Shown here in pieces: positions 40,201-55,200 of a stretch of DNA of 64,000 nt. The notes under the pieces were generated by a model. It made no database searches. It saw nothing but the letters and a program-made list of their open reading frames with translations, and was not told the DNA's origin. The stretch comes from Rhina ancylostomus. Taxonomy: Eukaryota. Every line of letters begins with the position of its first letter. The first letter of the stretch is position 1. A program made the position numbers and the translations under genes. The stretch lies in NCBI GenBank assembly GCA_030265395.1, contig JARFYF010000052.1, forward strand, positions 61,167,874 to 61,231,873. Direction: 5' to 3'.

Positions 40201-43200
40201 TGTCTCAGTCAACTGCTTGAAGTTCATATTTTCATGTCTGTTATTTGGATGGGAACAGTTAAAACTGTTTATTTATTACTTTGACTGGTGTAAAACACAT
40301 TTGTAGTCACTGAGAAGTTCCAAGAAACACAAGTTGGCTAGGAACCAAACGATGGATAGAGGAGATTATTCATTTAAGTATTTGAACTTCACAAGATGTA
40401 AAATTAACTGCCATCTACTGTCCCAACTAAGCTAATATCTTAAAAAAAATAATTTAGTCAAACATGCACTCAGGTCTATTTTAATTGTTAAGTTAGTGCT
40501 CTTTGGCATTCATCCCAAGAATGTGTTTCAGCACCTTGGGTTGATTTATATGTGCACAAGTGATGAAAAGAAATTTCATTTGATTCAGATCAGTGAAGCA
40601 TGATGTAGAATACAGGGGAAAGATGATTGAGATTTGCTTTAAGATAGCTAGAATCATGCTTACAATTGTATAACACTTCATCTGTGATTTTTGAACAGGA
40701 TAATCTCTGCACTGTTGATGGGGGGGGGGGAGGGACAGGGTGGGGGGCAGAGGAGGAAGAATCTGGAGTTTCAAGTTGAAGCAACCACTTCTTCCAGGAG
40801 GCAGGGTGCTATCGGAGAAGGGAATCAATGTTATGCTGTCACTCTAGTTGTGAAATGGGTGTCTGCATGAGATGGGAACGATGATGTTAGGTTGTCAGGT
40901 GTTGAAATGGGCAGGGAGCATTGGAGCACCAGATTACTGTTGGTAACAAGATAAATACTGAGAGGAAAAATTAGGGAAGTGAAGTGCATTTGCAGATTTG
41001 GTTGGGAAGAGAGGAGTTGGAAGGACAGGGTAGGTTATAAGAGACAACCATACAGATGGCTTTATAATTCGGACACTATGTTCTCTTAATTCCTTAAAAT
41101 GTTAAAATTAGCAGGACAGGCAGCACCTGGAGAGAAAATGAGTTAATGTTTTGGGTCAATGTCTGTCCACGAGAACAGTGAATAGAGATTAAAAGTAACC
41201 TTTACAAGAGGAGTGCAGGAAAGAACAAAAAGGAAAAGCCTGTAATAAAGTGGAAGGCAGGTGAGATTAAATGACTAAAGGAATAATATAGCTGATAATT
41301 GACCAAGTGAAAAAACAAAAGTTGGTCTATAGGATGTGCAAAATGAATAATGGAATCATTGTTGGATATTATTGATCTCTGTAGAAGATGGAAGATGAGA
41401 GCTTGTTTCTTGACCTTGCATTGAGCTTCATTGAAATAGAGTAGGAACCTTAAAATGGGCAATTCTGATCAGACATGTTAGTGTGTTAGAATAAAGGATT
41501 ATTCTTCTTGGAGAAAATCACAAGATCACATAGAAACTGTATTTCTAAAGTTCAAAGAAAATATGTACATTTCATGATTTAGGTGTGAAATTAAGTGGAA
41601 TGTTACCAGTTTATCTTTAATGTTCAACGTGCAGAAGCAGAAAATGAAATTTAAAAAGAACCATACAATTAAGGAACTTTTACGTAAATAAATACCTTTC
41701 TCTGTTCTACCATGAAAATGTTCTGGGAAGGATAAAAAGCTTCAAATTTTTTTCTGTCACACAATTACAAGTTTTGTACAACAGTATACTTGTATATCTT
41801 TTTTTTTAATTTCCAGGAAGTGGAAAAGCAGTGTCGTTGTGGGAAGCATGTAAAGATTTTGCCGTGCCATAAGGAGTATCTGTGTGAAACAAAATGTGCG
41901 AAATTGCGAGATTGCCAAAGGCATCAATGTAAAAGGAAGGTAAGACTGAAGTATAATTTTGATTTTGTGGAGCTCAGTGATATGAAAATAAATGGTCCTT
42001 ATGACATTGAAGATTTGCCATATTGTTGATACCAAAATCGTAAACGGTCAGCTTCAGCCTCAGTTGCCAGCAGGAGGGATAGAATTAATAGTCATTATGA
42101 AAGATTACATAGGATGTATGGCATAGAACCAGACCAGTCTGCCCAACCAGTTCATGCCTGCCTTTATGCTTCATTTTTCCTTATCCAAATCTATCGGCGC
42201 AACTCTTGATTCCCTTCAGTCACCCCTTAAGTATATCAATATTATTGGCTCGGCCACCCTCTATAGTAGTGAGTTCAAAATTCTCATCATTCTTTGGGTA
42301 AAGAAGATTTTCTGAATTCCCTATAAAGGGAGTTGTTCATATAAACTTCTCGGTGTAATTATGATTTTGTGAAAGTCTAGCAAGTTGTTAAACATTATGA
42401 TAAAAACCCTTTTATTTTTACTAATGCATGTCCAAATTTCTATAAAGGAATCTTGTATTGGAGGATGATTCCACCAAGTCTATTGCTATATGGTACTTTT
42501 CCCCAAAGTAATCACTTACCTGTCTTGAAAGACTGGCATCGGCAGGATAATTTACCTGGGGATGGGGTTACTATCGCACCAATCCAATACAACCCTATTA
42601 TCATTGAGTGCCCATTCAGTTACATGCACACACATCTTGGTGATCTCACCCCAGTGAAGAAAAGCTTTTCGGAGGTCCTTCCTAAATTTCCTTCCTGAAT
42701 CAGTATTTTGGTAATAATGAATGACCATTTTGGTAATACTGATGCAAAGTAACTGTATGCAAAATAACTCCCAAAAAAAGAATTCGTTATATGTGAAGGA
42801 CTTTGGGGAAATTTCATTTGTGATGAGGAACTTTGTACATTTACTTCATTTCTGCAAGTTTTAAATAATTGGGTAGTTTACTTCAAAGAAAATGTTTTAC
42901 TTGTAAGTACAAAGTTCTGTAAAACACTTGCAAACTGGTCATGTTTGAAAAGTTAGTGAAAAATGCTGGAAGCACTCAGCAGATTAGGCAGCATTTGTGC
43001 AAAGGGAAACGAGAGTTAACATTTAAGGTCAAAGGTGCTTCTGAAACATTAACGCTGTTCCTTTTTTCCACTGATGCTGCCTTGACCTGCTGAATAGTTC
43101 CAGCATCTGTAGGTTTTTGACTTTTCTTTAACTCTTGAAAGATTGTCTAATTAGCATTTTGCACTAATCCTTGCGCACCTGACATTTGGTATATTTTCCA

Positions 43201-46200
43201 GCAGATGTCAGTGTTGTGCGATTGGATGCATTAAGACATTTATTTTAAGAAAGATTCTTTAACTTCAAACTATTGAAGTCTGTTAAAGCTGCCTAACTGG
43301 TGTACAATTTGAGTTTGGGGAACAACTCCCATTTTGTGTTTTTTTTTTCCCAATGACCCATTGCAGGATGCTCCTCTTGAATAGGTTTGAATGCTTAGAT
43401 AGTCTAATACACAAATGTCCATAATTAAGTCTTTGTGGTGGCAGCAAACTTTTTTTCCCTCCTTTATCCTCAGGTATCCAGTTCATCATTCCTGGTGATT
43501 CATTCTGGAAGTTGTTTAGTGAACACTGTAATTGTGCTGTAACATTTCTATATGATAAACAGAATCACGGCGTTTAACAATCAAGGGTGTTTAACTGAGA
43601 AGAAAGCTTCCAGTGACAAATATTGCGATGTGTTTATTTGGACTCGCGCACGTGTTGAAAGAATGTTAAATCACACGTGTGTGCTAGTTTAAAATCAAAA
43701 GCAGGTGGTGTCAGTATTGTAATTGCTTGTTCTTTCTAATATGTTATTCCCTGTGGATGAACATTGATATGGGAAATTACCAGATTGAAGAGTCTTTATT
43801 TTGGTATATGCGCAATTTTGTGGATATGGTATAGCTAAGGGTATAGTGTTTCATCCTATACAGCTTAATGCTTTCAAACTAATTTAAGAATTAGAGACAT
43901 TGTTATGAACTATTTTGAAGTTTTGAATCATTGTGTTTTAACCACCACCTATTTTGAGAAGATGAGAAACTTTATTTATTGTAATAGTTCTACATCATTT
44001 TCCTTTAGTGCTGTTCTGGGAATTGCCCTCCTTGTGATCAAAGTTGTGGTCGAACTCTTGGCTGTCGAAACCACAAGTGCCCATCAGCCTGTCACAGAGG
44101 TAACTTCCACAAATTTTCTATGTTTCGTTTTAATGCATTTACATCAAATCACGCAAAAGGCATGGAATTCTAGATTAATGTACAGTGTTCCCAGGTTTTG
44201 GTTTAATCTGAATGTAGGCTATTCTATTCATAACCTTTTGTGTTGGTCCTCCTCTCAGTCATACTCAGCCACACTTTCCTGGTTGTCTCTAATACTTAAC
44301 CACATCTTTTTCAAAAAGTATAATGAATTTTGCTTCTGCCATTAGCTCTGGTAGAGCTGGTAAGAATAGAATAAGGGGATAAAGTCTCAAGGTGTCAGAC
44401 ATTATATTTCTCCTTGGCTTGGAAGCAATTTATTTAAATATTACATTAAATTTAGCAACGCTAAAGGAATTTCCTTCAAGTTAATTTTTTTTTTAAGTAG
44501 GGAGGATGAAGTGCATACCAACCATGGTGAAACATGTTTAGTGGTTACATTAATGGAAATAGTATGACTTTGTAGTATCAAAGTTCTAAAGTTGATTAAG
44601 AGCCCAGTTTATTTTTAGATTGCTACCGAGCAACAAGATGATAATCGTTTTATTACTTAAGGTGCATTGAATTACAATTAGTGTTTTGTTTTGTTTGGAA
44701 GTTTGGAAGTTTCAAGAATATAAAAGCTGTTAACTGGTCCCAAAGATTCTGTAATAGTTGGGGTTTTTGATCTCACCAGCATCTCAATTTCATTTTTAAA
44801 ATTAAAATTAACTTTGATTAACATTGCACATGGTAATTAACATTAACTCAGTATACATTAAAATTAATACATTAGCATTAAAAATTAACATAGTATACTT
44901 ACTACGTAAGCACATTTTAATTTTATTCTTAAATTTCCTGTCGTGATTTCTTCTTGTCTCCTTATTTTTGTTTATTCTTAATCAAAAATCATCCAGCTCT
45001 TCATTTGAGCTAAGATTAGCCTCCTTTTATACATGTCCTTTCCATATATTTTTGATTACAAATTGGAGGAAAAAATCTAATATTCCTAAACTTCTGTGGA
45101 AATATACCATTTCCAATGAAACTTTTTTTTTCTGTTTTCTTACTGTTGGAACTCTAATTTTTATTAGATAGTATGTGTTTGTAGATGTGACTTTTAGTTT
45201 TCAGGAAGGAGAAATGGGTTTATAATTAATGTGAATTATGCCTATGACCTTGTGGTAATTTTATTGAAGATAAGAGTGCATTAAGGTTCCAAAGGAAAGA
45301 ATGCTTTATCTTTTGACCATTCATACTCCCTATTGTTGAAGTAAATTTGTCCTTTTTTTTATGTCTTGTAATGAAGAAATTACAGTCATCTTTAGAGTTT
45401 CCAAATTAAACTGAGGAATATGTCTGAACTTGCAAAACTCATTTACTTAATACACTACACAAATCTCTCCATAAGTCTTGGCCTTCTCAACTTATAAGTG
45501 TAAAATACTGCAGATGCTGGATATCTGGAATTAAAGACTCAGGAAAAGCTCCATCAGGCAACATTGGTGGAGAGACAGAGTTAACGTTTCAACTCGATGA
45601 CAGGTTATCAAACTGTAATGAGCAACACAAATGATACTGATATATACTGAGTCTTTTTGGCTTGAATTGCAGCAATGTTTTCGTTAAGTCCAGTGTATTT
45701 GCATATACAGGGATGGAACAATTATAGATTGCCAAGTATATACAAAGATGCCACTGGAGTTTACATGAAACAAAATGGTTTACTATTGTAAAATAAGAGC
45801 CACTTGTTGCTAGACCAGTATGATCCTTCCTGTCATAACAGGGCCAGGCCAGAAAGAAATGTCCAGAGTTATGAGACCCTTTCTTAAACAGCTTTTGTTC
45901 ATCAGCTTTTTGGGTGGGCTAAACATCTCAAGTCATGACTGTGGAGAAGAGCAGTGGCATTATCCTTGGTGTCCAGACCAGTACTTAACTGTTGCGTCGT
46001 TATGAATGATTAGTTGTCATTATTTGCTTTGATAAGGGCCGTTTCAATGATGTGGTACAGTTGCAAATCACAGTAATAGATTCAGACAAGGAATTCTGAA
46101 AGCTCAGGATGGATCTGTGAGGAAACTGGGCATTCAGAAACTTTGAAAAGGATAGTGAGGTTGGAGGTAAGGAGGCTGGTTGCAAGAACAGTATGTGCAA

Positions 46201-49200
46201 GGCATGAGTTTGGGAGGAAAAGAATGATGAAAGGCTCATATCCCAGGAGAGAGATGTTAGTAATGTCAGTTAATGTGACTGGAGCCAAGGAAGGAAGATG
46301 GATAGTCCCCATTTCAGTTCAGGAGGTGGTTCACCTGGATAAATTGAGGAAGAACATGAAGGAAGATGGAAGACTACCAGAGGAAAATCTGAATTTGGGG
46401 TTTGGGCTTAGGGAAGCCGTAGAAATTTGATTTGAGCTAGGGGGATAAAAACATCAGAGATTGATCAAATGATCTTAATCTTGATGACAAAACAGTTGTC
46501 TTCAGGCCCTTCTGTTATTTGAGGTGAGGGGGAAGGGTTTAAAGAATGAAAGACTTTTCTGATTTTTAAAAAAAAATTCTAGTACAAAAGTAGCTTTGCA
46601 GTATATTTCACTTTTTTATAATGTCAAAAGAAAAACATCTTGCATTTCCTGTCTACTTCTATCGTTATTAAATTTAGTTAATTCTAGTGACCTTATTATG
46701 ATTGTTAAACATGATCTTTTTCAAAGTCAGATTGAAAGTAGAGGAAAAGGTTATTTCTTATGAAAGATGACCTTGTTCAACATTAGTATAGATGATCTTT
46801 TCAGATGTTGAAAATGGCACATACAGAATGTTGAAGGAAGGTGTATTCCAAACAAAAATGCTGTATTTGAATGCGGTTTTTGTAGTCGCCATTATCCCTT
46901 TTAAACTTGACAACAGATGCACCGGTTTTAGTCTGCTACAGTGGAACTTGAAGGCTATTTCTACGTTATCCCATTCCTATAGGGAAGCTGTGCCAGGAGT
47001 GTGGATATAGTCTTAAATTTGTGGTTATAGTCTTGTATTTGATTGATACTTCCTAGAAGCTTTGCACTAAGATGGATTTAAATCTTTTGTTTATTAACAA
47101 AAGATGGGCATGCTGGCAAGGCTGTGATTTATATTGCATTCCATACTTGTCCTTGGAAAAGCTGACGGTGGGAGCCTTAGACCTACTGCAGTTCTTGGGC
47201 TGCAGGTATTTGTGAACTGTAGTTGAGCATGGAGTTTCAGGAATCAGATTTGGTGACGACGAAGAACAAGCATCTTAACATGATACTTGTTTGCTGGGTC
47301 CATTTAAGACTCTGGCCAATGGTGATTTCTAGTATGTTGATGGCTAGAGGGACTGTGTGATGGTATCATGTAGAATGTCAAGAGCAGGCGATTAGGTTAT
47401 TTCCTAGTGCTGATGTTTGCCATGTAACCTTCACTACACGTACCAGCCAGTGTGTAATGTTGCGTAAATTTTTTTTGCTGCCTGCTTAGCTATTGTACAT
47501 CATTAACAGTCCCCCTTGTCTTGGGTCTCTGCATCATTGATGCAATATCCTTGTTACCTCTTCTCATTATCTGTTTAGTTTCTCCAACTATTTCTGACTG
47601 TGTGTGGCAGCACTGCAGAATTTTTAATACAAGGTGTTAGTGTAGGATAGTTTAACTCTGAGCATTGTGAATTCTTCATTGTGTTACGAACCAGCAACAA
47701 AAGAAACACCGAGTCATGTATTAGTGTTTAAAAACTACTTTATTACTAACTAATGATAATAAGAAAAATAAAAGTAAAAATGTTAGATTGTTAGAAGTAA
47801 AAATGTTAAATCTTAAACATTAACCCCAANNNNNNNNNNNNNNNNNNNNNNNNNNNNNNNNNNNNNNNNNNNNNNNNNNNNNNNNNNNNNNNNNNNNNNN
47901 NNNNNNNNNNNNNNNNNNNNNNNNNNNNNGCTGTGATTTCTTCCAGAGTTGGGATTGGGTATTGTTCCTTTTTGACAGAAACCTTATTCCAGCTTATTGT
48001 CCAGGACACATCTGTTTGGCTTCTCTCTCACCATACTAGATTTCAGACATTTGGTAAGAATAGTGACTATGGCCATTATGCTTTCTGCTCTTTATTCTAT
48101 TTCAGGCTACTCTCTTCAACTCAATTGGTGTTTTATGTAGGGATGGATCATAGATTTTACATGGGGATCAATAGTAGTGTGATCCTCAAAACTTTCAAAG
48201 TTTTGGACAGTCTTATCAAAATGTTCAGGACATATTTGGATTAATCTGGGATCGCTTCTTATTTTCCACCAGCATGTTGCTTTTGTTATGAACCAGCAAC
48301 AAAAGAAACACACCGAGTCATGTGCTAAAAACTACTTTATTAATAACTACTTATGATAATAAGAAAAATAAAAGTAAAAATGTTATATTGTTAGAAGTAA
48401 AAATGTTAGATCTTAAACATTAACCCCAAAAACTAAACTTGAAGTGTGTGTGTGGCAGATTCCCAAACTCCAAGTCCAGGAATAATTCTCAAAGTTCAGT
48501 TCAGCAAGCCATAAGGTGAAATGTGAGCAAAGGCTTCTTCAACAACCACCGTTGACTGAAGATAAAATGTAGAGAGAAAATAGAGTAATTACGAAATCCA
48601 AATGTTCCACTTTGGAACCCATATGACACCTCAGTGTCTACTCCACCGCATCTTCCTCACCCCGAAAGGCACTCAGATTGTGGCCATCCACACAAATACC
48701 TGTTTCCTTCTACAGGTTAACAACAAAGTGGACTCCACCGGATTATTCCAAAAATTCAGTCTCCCCCTCTGTTGACCGACCGACCGACCGAAACCTAGCC
48801 CGTAACAATTGAATCAGTGTTATCTTCTGGAGCCACATGAGATGCTGGAGGAACTTTAGCAGGTCAGGTAGCATTTGTGGAAGAAAATGAATAGTCCATG
48901 TTTTGGGTCGCCTGTCCATTTTCCTCCATAGATGCTGCCTGGCCTGCTGAGTTCCTCCAGCATCTCGTGTGTCGATCCAGGTTCCAGCATCTGCTTTGTC
49001 TTGTTTCTATGTCAGTGTCATCTTCTGGCTTGATGGGAGAATGAAGGATGTGCTAGGCAATGTGATAATAAAGTGTGAGACTAATGTGGGATTTACAGAT
49101 TTTGCAGTAGGTGGCAGAGGGGGTAGTAGAAGGAACAGGTGTATGCTTAGTTTGGAAGGCAGTGTGCTCCCTCCACAGTTTACACAAGGTTTCTATGTAG

Positions 49201-52200
49201 AGCCAGCTCATAGACTTAGGTTCTTGGGTCCATGGTGAATGCTGCTGATTCACTTTGAGTGCTGCATTTTTTTTCAACGTTTTGAGAGCACCCTTGAATC
49301 TTTTCCTCTGCACCTGGTAATCTTTTCCTAAGTTGGAGCTCAAATTAGTGTCTGTTTCAGGAGTCTGACGGTGGGCGTGCTAGTAATGTGGCCTGTCCGG
49401 TAGAGCTAACTGACTGACTAACTTGTGCCTCTGCTATAGGGATATTGGGCTGGGTGAGGACATGGATGCCTGTCAGTAGATTTGGAGGATTTTGTAGAGA
49501 CAACATTGCTAGTACCTATCCAGTCCTTTTGAGGTACCTAATATATATATTCCAGGTCTAAGAAGAAGCATTGAAATTGCAGGGATTACTACTGAATGAT
49601 AGACCATGAGCTCTGTGCCAGGTTTGAGGTCTTGATCTTCTTTTTCCTCAGAAGTTCAAAGGCTGTGCTTGCAAGTTGAAGGGAATGGTGAATTTCAGCA
49701 TGGAAATTTACAGCACAAAGGATAGAAACAGTCAGTCCATTGTTACATACCAGCAACAACAGAAACACACCGAGACATGTATAATTAGTCCATAACACCA
49801 TGCTGGCCAAAATATAGCCATCTTGCCTTGTACCATTTTGTATTGTTTGGGTCCCCAACTCATTACATTCTAGTATGTTGCATACCTTTCAAATGCAATG
49901 AAGACTTGCACTTCCTGATGTTTATTCAGGCAGTGAGTACCAGACCCCTATCACAGTCTGGATGAATAATTCTTTCCTCTATTCCCATTTAGCACTTACA
50001 CCAATTATTTTTAATCTATCCTGGCTAGTTTATTTCCCGTTCTATGGGGAAAATGGGTCTTTCCTATCCACAACAACTTGTCACCTCAAAATTACACCTC
50101 TCAGTTAAGTGTCCTTTCAGCCTTTGTTCTAAAGAAAATAAAACCAGACCAATCAATCTTTTCCAATGACTGAAGTCCTTTAGTCCTGATGGACTTAATA
50201 TCTTCTCTGTACCTTTCCCAGAGCTGCCACATCCTCGTAGCAAGATGGTAAAACTGATAATCTGCTATGTGGAAATGTCAATGGTTCAACATCTGGCTCA
50301 CTGGGCCTCCTGTTCCTGTGCTCCCTTAAAACTGACTGTGTTCACTGGAATATTTATTATTGTACTGTATAATGTCCTTTTTTAAGTAAGAAACAAAGTG
50401 AATTAAAACTATTGGAAATCTGTTAGTTCAGCACCACGTCTTGAGTTTTACTGTGTATTCCTTCACCTTAATCTGTTTACTTGAATTCTTAGGATTTTTA
50501 AAAAAACTAATGTTATTATCTATGTAGGCAACCTCTGTATTACTTTTGGTGGGGGGTGGGGCTTGTGTTCCCAGAAAGCAATCCGTATCGGGATTTTCCA
50601 TTATGTGAACCTGTGTGCTTGTACATTAAGAAATGCAAATTGAAAAAACAAATTTATTTACTTTTTGTCACACAAATTCTATAAGAGTGAATTTTATTCC
50701 ATAATCTAATTTTTGGGTAGTGATTTGTGAATTCTGTAAGAGTGAATTTCTGTGACTGAAAAGCTGTAATGTGGGAGTCCCCTGTATTTTGTTGAAGGTT
50801 AGAAGGCATGTATTTAAAATACAGTTCCTTTTTCAGAAAAAAGACTTGTGAAAAGAGAAATAGCTTTGTTTCTCTGAATTGATCATAAAATGACATGTAG
50901 ATTTTCTGATACCTCTTTGGTTCCAAACCATACTTCTAGTCTAGAACATTCTTTCCTCCTCCCCCAACTACAGTCCTTAATGCTGAGTGAAAACAGGAAT
51001 CTATTATGAGTAAAAAAAAGAATTCCATGCCTCAAATCTGTTAATTTTCAGGATGTCCTTCATTACCTTTTAATCTTGAGGTGGCACAGGGTGAACAACT
51101 TGAATGGAGGAAAATGAGGCAGGAAATGCATTTTAATTTGAATTAAAGTGCAATTGAATTGAACCTGCCATTTAAGTTATTTACTCTGTTTAAATATTTC
51201 TTTGAAATTCTTAGGTACTTGCTACCCATGTCCTGAGACTGTAGAAGTTAAATGTAATTGCAGTGCAACTGTTCTAATTGTACCTTGTGGCAGAGAACGT
51301 ACAACCAAGCCTCCGAGGTGCAAAGAGCTGTGCAGGTAAGTCTGAAATAGCTAAGAAAATTGAATTTATTACTTAGTGTTGCAATTTTTTAAATAAACTT
51401 GTTCTGCCTAGAAATACATTGGAAAAGAATTCTTAAACCTTGAAATGCAGCTTGGATGTGTTTGTAAATCAAACTGGTGAACCGTTGCTCCAGTAAATTG
51501 ATGATGAGGTGTGTGGATAGGGCTAGTGTGGTTTGGGACAATATTGTTTTATAATTTCCACAAAGTCTGTTTAACTTTCAGGTAGCAAAGATCTTAGTGG
51601 AACCTTGTCTGTACAGTTTGCAATGCAGGCAATGTTAAGTTAAAGCTACATGTTTTTTGTTGTGGATCTGATTACCTTAATATGTTAGTTCAGCATTCAG
51701 TCAAATTACATAAATGTGAAGATTGAGATCTTGCCTGACGTTGAACACGTTTCGAAAAATGTGGCAGTTTGAGATCCTGCTCCATTGTATAAACATTTCA
51801 TGCATAATGTAGTGGTCTTTCTCTACTATTGCTGGCAGCATTATTTGCTTCCCAAATTATGACACATGTAAATTGTTATTTGTAAATTACCTCTTTTTAA
51901 AAAAAAGGTACCATAATTAATTGCTTTTGATCTATTCTTGTTACTTGAAATTATGAGAGGAAATTTCACAACTGTTTACTTGAACTAATAGAGGTTAATT
52001 TTATATGGATGGCATTATAACTTCCTCCATGTTTTTGACATTTTGTAGTGAGGCCTAATCTAATCATGTGGACAAACTTCTAATGACCTCTAATTTGTGC
52101 TGTTTGTTTGTTTTAAAATTTGTAATGTCCTAGATCATTTAAAGTGATCTCCCCCATACTTCGGGTCCATATTTTCTAATGTTATAACACTGTCCCAGAC

Positions 52201-55200
52201 CAAATAGATCATATCAGTGTTACTGATTCGATGGTTACAAGGCTGTTCGGGAGTTTATAAAGTCACAATTGGAATTGTACTGCCAGAAAGATGGCTTGCA
52301 TAATGCAGAAACATCACCCAAACTAGTTAGATCAAATAGTCTGAGCCAATGCACCAAGAGTTGCTTCTTAAGATCTGCTTATCTGGCTTGTGTCTTAATC
52401 CAAANNNNNNNNNNTTAAACAAACCCCCCCCCCCCCACAATCTGTTTGTTCTTTTGTTCGATCAGAAGTTCTTACTATTATGAAGCTGTCAACCAAATAA
52501 ACAAAATTCATCAGTACTGCAGTATCATCTGAAAAATACATTTTTGATAATTACAGGATATTTTTATCTTTTCTAAGTATTCTATCTGAAGAATTGTTTT
52601 ATTATTTTTCTCCTCAGGAAGCCACCCACATGTCATCACCCAAGTAGAGAGAAACACCGATGCCACTTTGGTCCTTGCCCTCCATGCAAACAGCCCTGCC
52701 AAAAAGCACAAACTGCATGTACTCACCTTTGCCCTGATCCATGTCATGACGAAGTGCTGGTTAAGCAAGAAAATTCTGTAAGAATATGCAGTCTTCATGT
52801 AGAATATAACTTGCAATTTTTTATTATGATTAATCTGGACATAACAAATGCAGCATCCTTTGGAAAAAGTATGGATTGGTTTATTTATTTTAAATGATTT
52901 AGAGCCTAATATGATGGTACAGAGTTCATTGATACAGAAAAGGGCTTAACCCACCAAGGAGAATGGGTAAATATGTAGATTTTTTCTAATACATTTCAAT
53001 TTAATTAATAGAACACCAGAAATTGGATATTTCATGTTATGGTTTTGCTGTAAGTAAGCAAGTATACAGTTTCTATGTAAAACCATCAAGTTTTATCTAT
53101 TAGCAAAGTTCCTTCATGTAAATTTGCTGTGTACAATGCTGTTCTATGTATGCTATGTTCTAGAGCATGGATTAGAAGAAAACTAATAAATCTGTATTTA
53201 TGCTAGAATGAATGCAGAAATTGGAATTGGTTTATTATTGTCACGTTATTGTGGAAAAAACGTTCATACAGATCAATTCATCACGCAGTGCATTGAGGTA
53301 GTGCAAGGTAAAACAATACAGAATGTAGAATGAAGTGTCACAGCTACAGAGAAAGTCCAGTGCCGGTAGACAATAAGGTGCAAGATCATAACAAGGTAGA
53401 TGTCAATTTCTGATGCTCTATTAATTAAATTGAAATTTATTCAGAAAAAATTCTAGATTTTTACCCATTCTTCCCAGAGATTTAAGCCCTTTTCTGTATC
53501 AATGAACTCTGTACCATCATATTGGGCTCTAGCTAAGTTGCAATTCTTATTGCAACAGACCTTTCATTTCTCCACTCTGTGTACAACTTCTTCAAGAAGT
53601 ATGGGTATGTTGTTGCTCAGGGGAGCAGAATTTGCAGCCTTTCTTTTGTCCCTACTTCCAATATCGTCACTTTTTTCATCTTGGTTGGCCCTTGAAGTGC
53701 CATATGGCTTGATGGACTAGGTGGCATCATGCTACGCAATTAGTAGTTTGCTCCTCCAGCCATGAGTGTGCCAACCTTGACTGTGTCTTTGTACCCTTTT
53801 TGCTGTTTTAGCATTAACCAATAAGATATCAGACAGAGTCCCTGCCATTAACCTCTATTCTGTCTTCTGCCTCTCAAACCAATTTCCAACTCCTGTTGCA
53901 TGATTGACTCCAGTCATCTGCTTTTATTTTTGCTTGTAATCTTGAGGGGGTGGGGGGGGGGATGCAACGTGGTGAAGTAAACTATACTGCTGAGGAGAAA
54001 AAAGGAAATAAAGCAATTAATAAAGCACTTGCATTATGAAACAGCTCATTACATCAGGCTTCCCTGGTTCATGTAATTATTGTTGAATTCAACATTGGAT
54101 TGAAGAAAGAACAGTGATTTTTGTGTTGTTATATCAAGATGTAATGAATAATTTCATGTATTTGCTTTCTTTATTGGGGGCACGAAGGTAAAAGTCAATA
54201 AATATTGGGTGGAAGTAAATGATGGATAAAAGCTACATATGTTTTTTAAGTGATTGCATTCATCTATTTGTTAAGAAAGAATTTTTAGTTTTGTCCTGCA
54301 CAAAATTAGCTCCTGTTTTCATGTTCTTAAACCTTGACTTTAAGATCAATAACAAGCAGCACGTTACAAAGTTTCAACTTCAAAGCAGTAAAGAATGATA
54401 CTTAGTCTAAATGAAATTAATTCAAAGTTTTTTGTATGCCTTAAGCAAATTCTCATAGCTCTTTGGTTAAAAATGATCTGAAAAGTCATTTTAAAAAAAA
54501 TTATGCTCTGGCACTTTGGAATGAGGCACTCATAATAATCCTTGTGTCCTCTTAGTGCCAACCCTCAGGTCCTTGGGAACGACGTTCTGGGCCAGCCTTC
54601 ATTCGAACAGCAATCCCTTGCCCAGCCTGTATGGTTCCTATTCCCACGTAAGTAAGAGCCTTACACTCTGATTCTCAAATCAGTATTGCAGTTAGTTCTG
54701 AAAATAAACAAGTTACTGCTCATTGTTTTCTCTTAAAATTAATTTGTCAAATCTTAAATACTGATTTTTAATACATTATTGGCTAACATCCAATTAGTTG
54801 GGAACTATACTTCCAATTTAAGCTTTCAAATATTAACTTTAATGATGTAATTTCCAAGTTGCTCATCAACAATTTTTTTCCATAAGTGCTCTCCTCATAA
54901 AACAAGAGCAGAACTTTGATTCTGTTGTATTTAGGTGCGCNNNNNNNNNNNNNNNNNNNNAAATAAATCAGTTAATAAAGTACAGTAAAACTCAAATAAT
55001 CCAGCATGCTTGGGAAGCAGATTTTCCAGACTGTTGGATGGAACTCCTATTAATATACCTACATGCTTCAATTCTTTTGCATGTTACACAATAATACATC
55101 TTTCAGTGAACCCAGTGAGTTTAAAGGAAGTAGAGGATAGAACCCGGTGAGTTGCAGCTTCCTGACCCCTTGTGCTCTGGAGCCTGGCCGCACATCTGAC

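Noticed and set aside
42818-42900. Possible C/D snoRNA (GTGATGA box C-like) in an NFXL1 intron
   Set aside because: No suitably placed CTGA D box or terminal stem.
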